Source: Eledone cirrhosa (Eukaryota). Taken from it: a stretch of 64,000 nt of DNA. The translations under genes were made by a program, and so were the position numbers. Of the stretch, positions 26,933 through 40,042 are shown piece by piece; position 1 is the first letter of the stretch; each line of letters begins with the position of its first letter. Below the pieces are notes generated by a model. The model saw nothing but the letters and a program-made list of their open reading frames with translations, had not been told where the DNA came from and did not search any database. Where the stretch lies: assembly GCA_964016885.1 (NCBI GenBank), contig OZ024740.1:134478001-134542000 (forward strand), read 5' to 3'.

Positions 26933-28365
26933 CACTCAGACTCAGAAGCTCCCGCGTCTTGCGACGCATGAGGCAATCATAGTGTTCCACCGCGTTCGGT
27001 CAGCAGCCAGTTGCATAGCGTCCCGCCATTGTCTGTTTGTCGCTCGCAGGTCCCTCTCAACTGTCTGGCGCCAGTTCATTTTGGGTCGCCCTCTCCGTCT
27101 GCTTCCCTGTGGGTTCCATTTAAGTACTTGGTTCGCCAGTCTCTCCGAGGGAAGTCTCAAAGCGTGTCCAAACCAGCCCAGGCGTCGCTTGCAGATGGCA
27201 GAAGAGACTAGCTGTTGGTTGGTGCGGTTCCTGACTTCCTGGTTTGTTACATGGTCACTCCATTTAATCCACAGGATCTTTCGCAGACACCTGGAATCGA
27301 ATGCGTCCAACTTCTTCTCTTGGCTGGTCTTAAGGTGCCATGTTTCACTTCCGTACAAGAGTATGGACAGCACGTTGCTGTTGTAGAATCTCATCTTTGT
27401 TTTGAGGGTGAACTTCCTGCTCTTCCAGATCTTGACAAGCTGGTTAAATGCTGCTGAAGCCTTTCCCATTCTACATTGCAATTCACTGTCCATGGCGCCC
27501 CCATTGTCAATGGAGCTTCCTAGGTAGGTGAAGTTGCCCACTATCTCCACCTCCCCCTGTTCAATGAAAACACTAGTTGGTGATGGGTGTGTCCCAGATA
27601 ACATGGTTTTGGTCTTCTTAGCACTGATATTGAGACCTAAGCTTCCTGCTTCGACATTGATATTGTTCATAATGATTTGCGGGTCAGCTGTGCTCTCTGC
27701 AAGTGCAACAATATCGTCCGCAAAGTCCAGGTCAACTTTTGCTCTCCCACCCAAGATATACGCTCTTCTTCGTACCCAGTCAATGGCTATGGCAAAGAGA
27801 ATTGGAGAGAGCGAGCAACCTTGACACACACCAGTAGCCACCTCAAACCAGTCACTGTAACCATCCTCTGTCCGTATTCAGCACTTGGAGTTTGCATAAA
27901 TCTGTTTGATTGCCGAAATGACTTTCTGGGGCAGACCATACTCATGCATGATGCTCCAGAGTGACGGCCAATGAATGCTATCGAATGCTTTGGAGAAATC
28001 GATGAAGCTGACGGCGAGGGGCCTCTGGAATTCGTTGTACCTCTCAATGATGCGGCGTAAGGTAAAGATCTGCTCTGCACAGGAACGTTTTGGTCGGAAC
28101 CCTGCCTGTTGTTCTCGCAGTTCCCGGTCTACCATGCCAAGTCAGGAGGCGAAAGCATGGTCAAGTGGATGGGCCACTTATGTAATCTTGTGTGGAACAC
28201 GGGTGAAGTCCCAGAAGATTGGAGAAACGGAGCGGTTGTCTGTATCCCCAAGAAGGGCAACCTTGCCGATTGTGACAACTGGAGGGAGTGACACTTCTCT
28301 CCATACCAGGGAAGGTCTATTGTCTGATGATCCTGAACCGCATACGTGGCATGGTAGACCGGGAA
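26933..28365 (-). mobile_element. 5'-truncated RTE-clade LINE with 5' inversion and 11-bp TSD
   Basis: RT 'EQQAGFRPKRSCAEQIFTLR..FIDFSKAFDS..GVCQGCSLSPILF..LDFADD..LYGSETW..RRRGRPKMNW'. (TCTGAG)2 tail. TSD CTGTGAGAAAT at 26922-26932 and 28366-28376. Segment 28140-28365 is inverted. Confidence 0.92.
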
Positions 28366-28829
28366 CTGTGAGAAATACCAACTCATAATTCTAAGTGCAC
28401 ACAATTTCATTAATTAGTAAATAAACGACTACGTGTGTGTAATGGCATCTCATACCAACTTATAATTCAGAGTACACATAATTCCTTATCTTCGCACCGC
28501 AGGCAATTCATTTGTATACATATATGATATGGTTTCCTATACATCTTTATTTTGAATCACTTTGTGTTATTTATTGTGTTCGCTAACTAATACTAGCATA
28601 ACGTGGTTGAACTATGTATGAATGAGCCTTCGCCAAAAATATTTTATATACAAAATATATAAGATATGGTTTTCATGCCACAGTACCATGGCGTAGGTAA
28701 GCGAGTGCTGACGAACTGTAACCGGATATTCTTCTAATTATACACACCGAAGGCACCTTTTATTCGAATTCGTAGAGATATCCGACTAAATACTAAATTC
28801 ATTTGACAAGGATTTGCTACAAGCAGCAT

Positions 28830-30600
28830 GACTGAACACAACATCAACATCAACAACGTTAGTGGATAACCGAAGAATAACAACAACGAGAAAGGTAAAC
28901 AATTTTTTTTAGTTGTAGCTACCAAAGAAACCGAAATTATAAATCGCATTTTTCTTGGAGTTACGAACTTAATAACGATTTAACTGTTATAAAACGGCAA
29001 AAAAGATCCCTCTCTTGATTATATAAACAGAATAAAGCTATACTGGGACGAAATACATCCTGAACTAGATCACTTCACAACCAAAGAATTACGGATACAA
29101 TCAACAGCATGTGCGCTATTTTCACTGATAAAATAGAATATCGCAAGGGTATATTTCAAAGAGACAGACTTTCTGTGTTACTATTTATTCTATCATTAAA
29201 TCCCTTGTGCTTTCTGCTCAAGAAATGTGAAGGATACATAATTGGCCAACAGGAGGACAGGAATGCAAACCTAACCCTTAACTTCTTTGTAGATTACCTG
29301 AAACTCTATGCCAAGAGCATAAATGGGATGAAGAAAACTCTTGACGTTCTCGAAAGATATAGGAATGACATCGAACGGTAGACGAAATCCGAGCTATCGA
29401 ATTTAAAACCCGAAAAATCCTAACAAACACCGGAAATTTCCACATTAACAGTAACAAAGACCGCTTCCACCAGAAATGAAAACAGAGACAAAGGCTTAAC
29501 AACAGTCTAAACAGCATTTGAGTGTCATATCATATCCCTCCGACATCTACCAACCACCATGCGTATGACCCCATCTATTGATCAAGTATGTCTACATGAG
29601 ACAGGTAAGATCATGAAAGTTAGGAAGAAACACCTTTAGAAGTACTCCCTGCATGATAATCAAAAACACACACTGAGGCAAATTTCCCAGCAATACTGCA
29701 GTGAATCCATGGATGGAAGGGTGCATGCTTATCAGCAAAAACATCATGCATGGATATGTATGTTGCCAGAATGCTCCAAAGTGAGACTGATATAGATAAG
29801 CAACAATCGCTATATTGGCTCTCATTTTGAAGGATTTGCTTTTGAAATCCAATAACAAGAAATCAATATAAAATACCTGATTCACAAAAGAGATCGGGAT
29901 GCAGGCAAAACACCTAGATGTGACAATAAATGCAGATTCAGCAGACTAATATCGAATATGTCACCCATATCGTAATCATCTGTCCAAAGATGAGATCACG
30001 GTACTTCCTATGAAGCATGTGACCAAAACACGGCTTAGTGATCAAAACACTATACATGCAACCCGCAGAAAAGATAGCCTCGACAATAAACATTAAAAGT
30101 TACAGCAATGGGGAAGACATACATGCATAGTAGTGGAAGTCAGCTGCTCAGAAGATGTCAATATGATATTAAAGATTATAGAAAAGGGGAACATCTATGC
30201 AGAAGTAATGAGGAATCTGCAGATCCACACATACAATAACATCCATAACCACGCGCACGCTCACACACACACTCTCTCTCTCTCTCTCTCTCACTCCCCC
30301 CCCCCCCTCTCTCTCTATCTATCTATCTCCTGGTAAAAATCTATAAAATAATGAAACCAGAAGAACATACATACATACAAGAACATTTATGCTGAACTAA
30401 TGAGGAATCTGCAGATACTCCACCCTGACTTTTCCTTTAGATTTGTAGCTGTTGTCGTTGGGGCTCTGGAATATGTTACTAACTGCCTCAGTACAAAGTT
30501 TGAGAAGCTGGACTTCACAGAACTAGAAAGGGAACGGGTAATTAGGAAATTGCAAGTACAGCTGTAAAAATATTTCAAACATTTCAAAAATTTAGCATAT
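28830..30600 (+). pseudogene. R4-like (RLE-type) non-LTR retrotransposon relic
   Basis: 'RKGIFQRDRLSVLLFILSLNPL..FFVDYLKLYAKS' (decayed GIFQGD and MDDLKLY motifs), a Cys/His knuckle remnant near 29920-29990, and 'IVVEVSC..EKGNIYAE..FVAVVVGAL'. Confidence 0.75.
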
Positions 30601-31024
30601 AATCACAGCAAGCACACATGCATTTATACACCTATAATACAAAACATACAATAGCAACCATACCTGCTCACACACACCACACATACAAGGCACTTACTCC
30701 AATGCTGAGGCAGCCATGACATGATCACACCCTAAAATATAACGTGACTGAATGCACGTTTACTATACGTAAATATTGTATAGAAGTTCATATATGCTTT
30801 AATCATGCGTGGGGTGGGGTGGGGTGGGGGGTAAAATATGACGTGCATTTGCTGTCAAACAAATATATATGTAAGTATATAAGTAGACCTATATAAGTAG
30901 CCCTATAGGCGGCGAATTGAATGCTTTGCGGTATTCGTTTCAGCTCTCTGAGTTCAGATCCTGCTACGGTCAACTTTGACTATCATCCAATCAAGTTCCA
31001 TGAAAAAGTCTAGTACTGGGGTCG

Positions 31025-31100
<76 letters not shown>

Positions 31101-32147
31101 TCAGACTTGGAGAGGCGAAGAGCTCCGTCAGGTTTAAAAACATGTCCTAGAAACGTTGTATGTCAATACAGTGCCCCTACAACACCCTCAGAAGTTATAC
31201 ATCCACAAATATATATACGTATATAAGTAGCTTTACGATTCCTTTGCCTTAATGCCTCGTGTTATATCATTATCTTCTCGTGGTGTCTACTGAGAAAGTA
31301 ATGACTTCTGAAATACGTAGATACACGTTTTTAAGTGAATGCTAAGGCAGCTGTTATATGATCACAGCTTTTAAGAAGTCATACGAGAATGTATATATGT
31401 TTATTTTATATGTATATGTAAAATATATCCATATTTATTCTCAACCACGTTGTTTCAGTGCCATTACTAAATATATGTACTTAGATATATGTACTTAGAT
31501 ATTAACTTCTTTCCTTAAGCTCTCAATTTCAGATGGAGTTTTAGGATCACTGTTGTGAAGTACAACAATTTTGTATAACCTTGGAGCGTGTTGGGCACTT
31601 GTTTCAAACATGGTGGAACGAGAGCTGGCATCTGGATATTAGTAAGCCGACAAAACTCGTTTTTAACACACCTCGCTCTGTCCACACTAAGAAAATTACC
31701 AAACCTGTATTTTCCACTACACAGTTCACACTTATTCACACCAAATTATGTGACAGGTCATAACATCATAGGATTTTCTCCAGAGTTTTGGATATTTCCA
31801 CACCAGTGCTACACAGCAAAGATTCTTAGCTATTTATGTACTTATATATATTTTATTTAATTATACAAATTTGTATAAAACTGATTTTTTTACGGTTCAG
31901 TAATGCTCATCTCTGAGATCTACGCCCTAAGCGGCTGCCTAGTTTGCTTTTAATGGTAGCGCCGGGTCCTATTAACTTTAACATTGACGTCGTGACATTT
32001 CTATGCTTGTTTTAGTATACACTAGCAGAATGGCCCGGCGTTGTTCGAGATTCTAAACATAGATTGGTATGTTTATCCCTCCTTTCTGAAACAGTACAGA
32101 GAAGTACGGAATACCTCGGCCTGGGGATGGTGTCTACATTTTGTGCT

Positions 32148-32179
<32 letters not shown>

Positions 32180-32190
32180 TAACACATTAA

Positions 32191-32241
32191 AGTTTAAGCA
32201 AAGAATCGCTGCTTTCACCCTTAACGGGATCTTCTGAAACT
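32191..32241 (-). ncRNA. Type I HHR-like motif, family B
   Basis: AGTTT-CAGAAGA-t-CCC-gttaa-GGG-t-GAAA-GCA-gcgattctt-TGC-TT-AAACT. All three stems are intact; core U4>A; CUU triplet. Confidence 0.7.
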
Positions 32242-32832
32242 AAAAAAATCAATCTGTGAACGCAGAAGTAAATATTTGCAACCGAAGGAAAACAGGAAGA
32301 TGATACTTTGGTTCGTGAAGACGTTCCCTGTCAATGAAGGGAAAATAGCGAAGATAATACGTCAGCAATGAGAACAATATTTGTCATAATGTCGCAATGC
32401 AGACAGCCAGACATACAGACAGATATTATAAGGGCGCGACGTTATAGCTATGTATCTATCTAAAACAGTTTCGTCGTATGTTCACCAATTGATGCAGAAG
32501 TCCTAATAAAAAGTGAAGTCGCCTTGGCTGAATAGGCGAATAATTTTCCACTAAGATTTTTCAAAAGCATGTAATTGCGTTCCCTCTCTTTTTTGTTTTG
32601 TTGTTTTTGCTGCTGTTGGTGTAATAGCGGCCGTTGGTCGTACTACTAACACAATCTCGTCCTTCTTCAGCCAATCGTGTAATCCTCTTCTGCCTCGTCA
32701 GCAATGAGAACAATATTTACTCTAGGGTTCTTATATATTTGATATATATTTATCCTTATCGAGCCTCGTGGAATACATACATTTGTTTATATTTTGTTAT
32801 TGTGTATGAAAACATATCTGTACACGAATATA

Positions 32833-33031
<199 letters not shown>

Positions 33032-33047
33032 TAAAATAATAGATTAA

Positions 33048-33098
33048 AGTTTAAATGAAGAATCGCTGCTTTCACTCTTAACGGGATCTTCAGAAACT
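33048..33098 (-). ncRNA. Type I HHR-like motif, family B, with canonical CUGAAGA core but decayed stem III
   Basis: AGTTT-CTGAAGA-tcccgttaagagt-GAAA-gcagcgattcttcat-TT-AAACT. Confidence 0.55.
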
Positions 33099-33148
33099 AA
33101 AAAAATCAATCTGTCAACGCAGAAGTAAATATTTCGAAAAACGTTACA

Positions 33149-33258
<110 letters not shown>

Positions 33259-34248
33259 TATATATATACATATATACACACATATACATATATACACACA
33301 AACACACACACACAGATAGTGTCATAATGTCGTAATGCAGACAGCCAGACATACAGACAAATATTATAAGGATGCGACCTTATAGCTATTTATCTATCTA
33401 AAAAGACAGACTAAGAAAGAGAGAGATCGCTAAATCGCCTAATGCGGTCCCTAGGACATTGAAAATTTGAAATATTTTTTTGCTCAAAACACTCACACGA
33501 CCATAAGTATTATATGTGTAAAGTTTGAAAAAATCGGTTGGGTGGTTCTCGAGTTTTAGGGAGTCAGACAGACAGACATTCTCTGTTTTAGATATACAGA
33601 TAATTGATTACACGATCACAGGTGTGTATATGTGACTTAATAATCCTCTCTCTCCCTTCTATCTCCAATTACTTTCACTTCTCTGATCCCGCTTAAATAA
33701 CTGGTCTTAAATGTGTACATAATATCCCAATCTAATCCAAACCAGGACCTTCTCACTCCTGTTGAAGGAACCCCTCCGCTTTCTGTTTGGTTTTGGTTAT
33801 GTAGCTGTACTCAGCACGCTTGGCCAATTGCGAGTTGGTGAGGCTATTTAACCTATAGGTGAGGTGGATGGCTGTGGACTCTGGGGAGTTCATCCACCCT
33901 TTTTACAGCACTTGATTTTTGCGCTGCTGGGATTCCACTTACGCCTTCTCACCAGACTAGGGTCTGGTGGGAGAACTGGTTTAGCCATCGACTACTCGAC
34001 CATAAAGCAGGTTGTACTTGGTTACAAGATACCAATAGCTGACAGAAACCTGACATAATACTATGATATATAATGTATATATAATAATATCATAATTATG
34101 TTGCTGTATACCGTAGAAAGATTCAGATCTATGTGTGTGTGCGTGTGTACGTGTGAAGGCGAAACGCTAACAAGGAAAACAACACAAGAGAACAATACTG
34201 TACGATGAGGATATATATTAGTTTAACGCTTGGTATATTGGGAAAGAG

Positions 34249-34284
34249 CCTAACATTTCGGATATAAGGTCATTCATCAGAAGA
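34249..34284 (-). ncRNA. Degenerate minimal HHR (AACGTT-type palindromic stem III)
   Basis: tt-CTGATGA-atgaccttatatcc-GAAA-tg-TT-ag. Consistent with CpG decay of GAAACGTT; stem II is poor. Confidence 0.4.
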
Positions 34285-34433
34285 TAGAATGAAAGATAAA
34301 AAAAATATAAGGATAGACGGGAGTAAGAATATCAAGGAACGGGACTTTTTTACACGAGGAACGTACGTGCGTGTTTAGTCAGCTATTAAGGCATTCGTTG
34401 CGGGGTTTTTTCTAAACTCTCTCTCTCTCTCTC

Positions 34434-34464
<31 letters not shown>

Positions 34465-34701
34465 TTTTTTTTCTCTCTCTTTTTCTCACTCTCTCTCTCT
34501 TTCTTTCTCTCTTTCAAACCTCAAATTTAACACAAAGCCTAAAACTGTAAATCTATCTCTAATTAGGAATTCTATCGACTATACTTTCAAATTTATCCAC
34601 TTAAATCCATTACAATTTTCCCTGCCTATTAGTGTCACTTCTTCCTTGTTTTCTTTCCTTTTATCTTATCTTATTAACCCACTAACAGATTTGTTTTTCT
34701 C

Positions 34702-34755
34702 ATTAGTTCTGAGGAGATCAAAACAATGAAACAAATCATAAATTTGTAAATTGAT
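34702..34755 (+). ncRNA. Type I HHR, family D
   Basis: ATTAGTT-CTGAGGA-gatcaaaacaat-GAAA-CAAAT-cataa-ATTTG-TA-AATTGAT. Seven-bp stem I (two G-U), 5-bp stem III, GUA triplet; stem II is weak. Confidence 0.7.
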
Positions 34756-35049
34756 TTATATAAAACTTAACATATTTATCTCTACATTGTTTGTGGACAA
34801 CTTATTTTCTAACGAACAAGCTCACCCAACGAGGATGTTTGTATGTGGGCGTGGGCACGTGTGTGTCTCTGTGTGTAAGAATGTATATCAACATTTCTAT
34901 AGTCTTTTCTTAACAGCATTTATGCATGAAATCGATAAAATGCCAAAACTTAAACTCGAATAACACAAATAAAATAACATTACACACAAACGTATATAAG
35001 TAATATATAGGTGTGTGTGTTTGTATATATATATATATATATATATATA

Positions 35050-35131
<82 letters not shown>

Positions 35132-35172
35132 ATATGTATATATGTATACAATAAAACTCACCTCCTACAGAG

Positions 35173-35206
<34 letters not shown>

Positions 35207-35275
35207 GTGTGTGTGTTTTGTATGTATATATATATACAAACACACCACACAACACACACACACACACACACACAC

Positions 35276-35341
<66 letters not shown>

Positions 35342-35512
35342 TGTTGTGTGTGTGTGTGTTTGTATATATACACATATATATATATATATGTGTATGTGTG
35401 TGTAATATAAGACATATGCACTCACACATTCGTGTGTGCGTTTGTTCGTTGGAGTGTGTGGGAGGAGTGGAAGTATGTGTCAGTGCGTGTGTATGTGCTT
35501 CTTTTTATATTT

Positions 35513-35543
35513 ATCTGAAGAACAACGTGAAACTCGGAGTAAT
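35513..35543 (+). ncRNA. Minimal type I HHR, family E (stem I 5' strand largely missing)
   Basis: AT-CTGAAGA-AC-aac-GT-GAAA-CTC-g-GAG-TA-AT. Near-palindromic stem III ACTC(G)GAGT; GUA triplet. Confidence 0.65.
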
Positions 35544-35807
35544 CGGACTTTGAGATTTGTGGCATAAATTCATATTAAATCATTGTTTCTACTTTGGGCA
35601 CAAGGCAGCAATTATCCCAGTGCATTAGTGGTACTTTATTTTATGTGTGTGTGTGTGTGTGTGTGTGCGTGTGCGTGTGCGTGTGTGTGTGTTGTGTGTG
35701 TGTGTGTGTGTTATGCATTTCCGTAGAAAAGGTAATGGAAATATATAGATAGATAGATAGATAAATTATCCCGGTTCAATCGGGGGTAACCACAGTAAGT
35801 AAGGTAC

Positions 35808-35854
35808 TCCTGATGAGTTCTCCCGAATGAAACAGTTCTAGTCCTGTAGAAGCC
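35808..35854 (+). ncRNA. Type I HHR, family A (5'-truncated by an inversion)
   Basis: TC-CTGATGA-GTTC-tccc-GAAT-GAAA-CAG-ttctagtc-CTG-TA-GAAGCC. It is preceded by an inverted piece of the same family's tail (35766-35809 is the reverse complement of ~17270-17314). Confidence 0.75.
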
Positions 35855-35966
35855 ATTTCTATATTAAACATATAAACGTGTATATATATATATATATGTT
35901 TAAGCGTCAGTCATACAAAAGTGAGTTACTACAAACGAACGAAATTTAATTTCGTTTCGTTATTTG

Positions 35967-36024
<58 letters not shown>

Positions 36025-36369
36025 TGTATATATATATATAATTATTTCCGGTTCTGTGCGAAATAATTTCAAATCCTGCTGACGCTAATGGTGCTTTAAT
36101 CCTTTAGGATTGATTATCGGACTTTTTAAAACGGCGGAAGGGATACCTTCAAGTATATGTTTCGTCTCTTGGCGTTTTGACAGAAACGCCTGCGTCGACA
36201 CTGGTGCTAAACTGCATTGGCTTTTGCTTTTCCATTGAAGAAAATCTGTAGCGAGTGGAATCAGATTTCAATATACCCGCAACTATTGGTCTTTTATAAA
36301 ATAACTCTTGCCCTCGCCTGAATCTTGGAAAGGATAATTCATATAAATATCCATAGCCTTACGTCACGA

Positions 36370-36400
<31 letters not shown>

Positions 36401-36781
36401 TGTATGTATGTATGTATGTATGTATGTACGTATGAACTGCATAATTGATATATCTGTGTGTGCGCGTAATATATATATAGTGTGTGTGAAAATTACTTAC
36501 ACACACACACACACACACACAGACACACAAGCATACGATCACACGTGTGTGTATGTGTATATCTATATGCATGTGTATATAAATGGATAGTAATGTGTAC
36601 ATGTGTGTACACACATATATATATATATATATATATACATGCATACATGTGTTGGATTTACACATAAACATACATATATAATATATAAATATATATAAAT
36701 ACATATACGTATGCGTATATGTATATATATATATATATAAATATATATAAATACATATACGTATGCGTATATGTATATATA

Positions 36782-36820
<39 letters not shown>

Positions 36821-37738
36821 GCACAAGTATTTAAAGACGGCACGGTTTTTTTCTCATCCGGATATGTCTATGTGTGTATGAGGGATTGTTCGCAAAAGTG
36901 CACGTGCGTGTGCGTATATTCCTGTGTCCATACGTATATGATTATGCTTATGCACATATATACGTATCTGTATGTCCCATGTGTATGTGCGTACGTATTT
37001 ATATGTAGTTATACGTTTTTACTGATAATTATGTACGTACATTTATCGTATATATTTATGCCTGTAGCGTGAGTAAAAAGATTCTCTCTCAGGTATACAG
37101 AACACACACACATATATATAACATATACTCACACACATACGTAATAGATAGATGTGTTATTGATTTGCTGGCGAGCGGAGCAATAGTCTTGACTTTATCA
37201 AAAGCACTGAAGCTTTCAGCTAACTTTCCAGGTTGTCACTCTTCTGTGAACCTATTCAAGTGGAATGGACAACTTCACAATACCAGAAGCTTTCTCTCGA
37301 AACTCTTTACTACAAAATGTCTAGCAACTAGTTGGGCGGGAGGGAGAGATGGATCTAGTATAACAAACACGGGAGCTCAGTTCTAGGGCCCGCGCGGGAG
37401 GAAGAGCGTCTCTGCGAGCGAGCGGGGTACTTCCCGCTCTATATATCTATGTCTTCCTCTCTTTCCCTCCCTATATTCGCTGTCTTTCCCTCAAGCGGTG
37501 GGGCGGGCAAAGAAATGTGTGAGCTGGCGCCTCGGCGAGTATTCTCTGTCTCCCTCTCTTTCTCTCTCTAAATATCTCTGATTCCCTCTCTTTTTCTTTC
37601 CCTCCCTATATATGTCTGTCTCCCTTTCTTTTTCTTTCCCTCCTATATATCTCTGTCTCCCTCTCTTTCCTCTCTATATAACTCTGTCTCCCTCTCTTTC
37701 CCTATCTATATATCTCGGTCTCCCTCTCTTTCCCTCTC

Positions 37739-37938
37739 NNNNNNNNNNNNNNNNNNNNNNNNNNNNNNNNNNNNNNNNNNNNNNNNNNNNNNNNNNNNNN
37801 NNNNNNNNNNNNNNNNNNNNNNNNNNNNNNNNNNNNNNNNNNNNNNNNNNNNNNNNNNNNNNNNNNNNNNNNNNNNNNNNNNNNNNNNNNNNNNNNNNNN
37901 NNNNNNNNNNNNNNNNNNNNNNNNNNNNNNNNNNNNNN
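37739..37938. other. Assembly gap (200 N)
   Basis: Run of N. Confidence 0.99.
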
Positions 37939-38027
37939 TATTTTTCTGTTTTTCTAGTATATACTTATATGCATGCACACACTTGCGCGCGCACACGAAT
38001 ATATATATACATACACACACACACATA

Positions 38028-38064
<37 letters not shown>

Positions 38065-38830
38065 TTCTCACTCGCTCATTGATTTAGTTTCTTACTTCAC
38101 CTCCTGATTTCTTGTTTTTCTCCTCTCTCTCTCTCACACTCACACATATACATACATATATACATTCACACATATATATATACGTGTGTATATATATATG
38201 TGTGTGTGTGTCTTTTTTTCAGTTTTCATCTCTGTATAGTTCTCGGTTTTATTCTTTCCCTCTTGGCTTTTCTCCCTTCCATTTTCTCACACTTTCCCAT
38301 TTATTCCGTTATCCTGGAGCTTTAACCCAAAGGTAGATCTAGCACTTTATCTAAATACTTTGCAGAATTATGGGCCTCAAATATTTGTATTTGTTTTGTT
38401 TTGTTTTGTTTTGTTTTGTTTTGTTGTTGTTGTTGTTTTTTTTTGTTGTTGTTTTTTTTTGGGGGGGGGGGGTCTTGTGGTCTTTCTCAGGGTTACTACC
38501 ATTTCTTAGCTCACATCATTTGGAAGGTTCCATGTCATTGGAGTACGTTTCAACAAGATAAGAACGAATCAGTCTGGAGTATTTGAATATTGTTTGCAAA
38601 GCAGGTCATTCTGTTCTTGTGTAATACATCTGCTGAGGTTTCAAGAAACCGTTGAGTTTACTGTGTCTTCGATTTACTACTCTCTCCCAACCGGATTGAC
38701 GAAATCCATGCGAAAATACTTAACAGCTTCTAAGAACCCCATCAGATAACCGTCATCCACTCTGTTTCAACAGCAATCTATTTTGGCCTTGTTTCTGTTT
38801 CCGACGTCTTCAGTGTGATGATCTGCTCCT

Positions 38831-39040
38831 GAACAACCTCCATAATTTACAACAAAGAGCCTACCATTAACTCCACCTGGGCTGAATTCTCTTTCTGGAA
38901 ACCTTTTTCACTCTATCTAACTAAACTGCGAACAACCACCATATTTTACAACAAAGAGCCTACCACTAACTCTACCTTGGATGAAATTCTCTTTCTAGAA
39001 ACCTTTTTTTTTCAATCTATCTAAATAACTAAACTGCGAA
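38831..39040. repeat. Diverged ~100-bp tandem duplication
   Basis: gaacaacc.ccata.tttacaacaaagagcctacca...ctaaactgc occurs twice. Confidence 0.9.
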
Positions 39041-39100
39041 CTTACTGAATAGCAAAATGAAAATACAAAACCTTGTGCATGTTACCCTTCTACTAATTTG

Positions 39101-39193
<93 letters not shown>

Positions 39194-39377
39194 TCTCTCC
39201 CTCGTATGTGTGCGTTCCGTATTTTTTTTTTACAATATTTTCATTTTTTCCTCAAACTTGCGTGATTATTTTATTTTTTATTTTCTGTTTTCTAATATAT
39301 ACATGTGTGTGTGTACATTCACACCCACAACCACATCCACACATCCCCATACACACACACACACATACATATATATA

Positions 39378-39575
39378 TATATTTATTAAAATAACAGATA
39401 AAGTTTAAGCAAAGAATCGCTGCTTTCAGAAGATCCCGTTAAGGTGAAAGCAGCGATTCTTTGCTTAACTTTAATCTGTTATTTTAATAAATATTTCCTC
39501 TAGGGTTTCTATATATTTTATATATCCTTATCGAGCCCTCTTTGGATTTAGTCTTCACATTTATTATTATTACTA
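39378..39575. mobile_element. Family B palindromic element with plus-strand HHR motif at 39424-39470
   Basis: atatttattaaaataacagat..aagtttaagcaaagaatcgctgctttc followed by cagaagatcccgttaaggtgaaagcagcgattctttgcttaactttaatctgttattttaataaatat. Sits in (TA)n. Confidence 0.8.
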
Positions 39576-39756
39576 TATATATATATACAATATGTTGAAA
39601 AGGTAACACACTAGCGAGAGATACAGTGCGCCCTCAATAAAAAAGGGAAAAACCACCAGTGTATGGAATCTATAACCTATGAAAGGCAGAATATAGACAC
39701 GATAATTAAAAATATAAATTAAAAGCGTAAATAAATACCTCTATAACTATATAACA

Positions 39757-39828
39757 CACGTACAATCCAAAGTGATCTGTTTCGCAGTAAGTTGTTGACG
39801 GAAATGAGATACCCGGTTCATCAGCGTG
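39757..39828 (-). ncRNA. Type I HHR, family F
   Basis: CACG-CTGATGA-(34-nt stem II region ending tactgc)-GAAA-CA-gatcactttggat-TG-TA-CGTG. GUA triplet; the base of stem II is mismatched. Confidence 0.65.
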
Positions 39829-39909
39829 GGTTAGGCTATACATTTCAGACAAGAGAAACACTAGAGAATAATATTTTTATATGACGCCTGCTATTGATGT
39901 TTACTGTCG

Positions 39910-40042
39910 ACGGCCCTTTACGGTCTGAGTTCAAATCCCGCCGAGGTTAACTGTGTCTTTCATCCTTACGAGGTCGATAAAATAAAGTACCAGTAGTGCA
40001 CTGAGATAATTGCTGGCCTTGTGCCAAAAGTAGAAACAATTA
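39910..40042 (+). mobile_element. S1 SINE (5'-truncated)
   Basis: Matches the S1 consensus. Confidence 0.8.

Noticed and set aside
38765-38818. Minus strand CTGAAGA-cgtcg-GAAA-CAG..CTG-TT
   Set aside because: No stem I pairing; likely chance.
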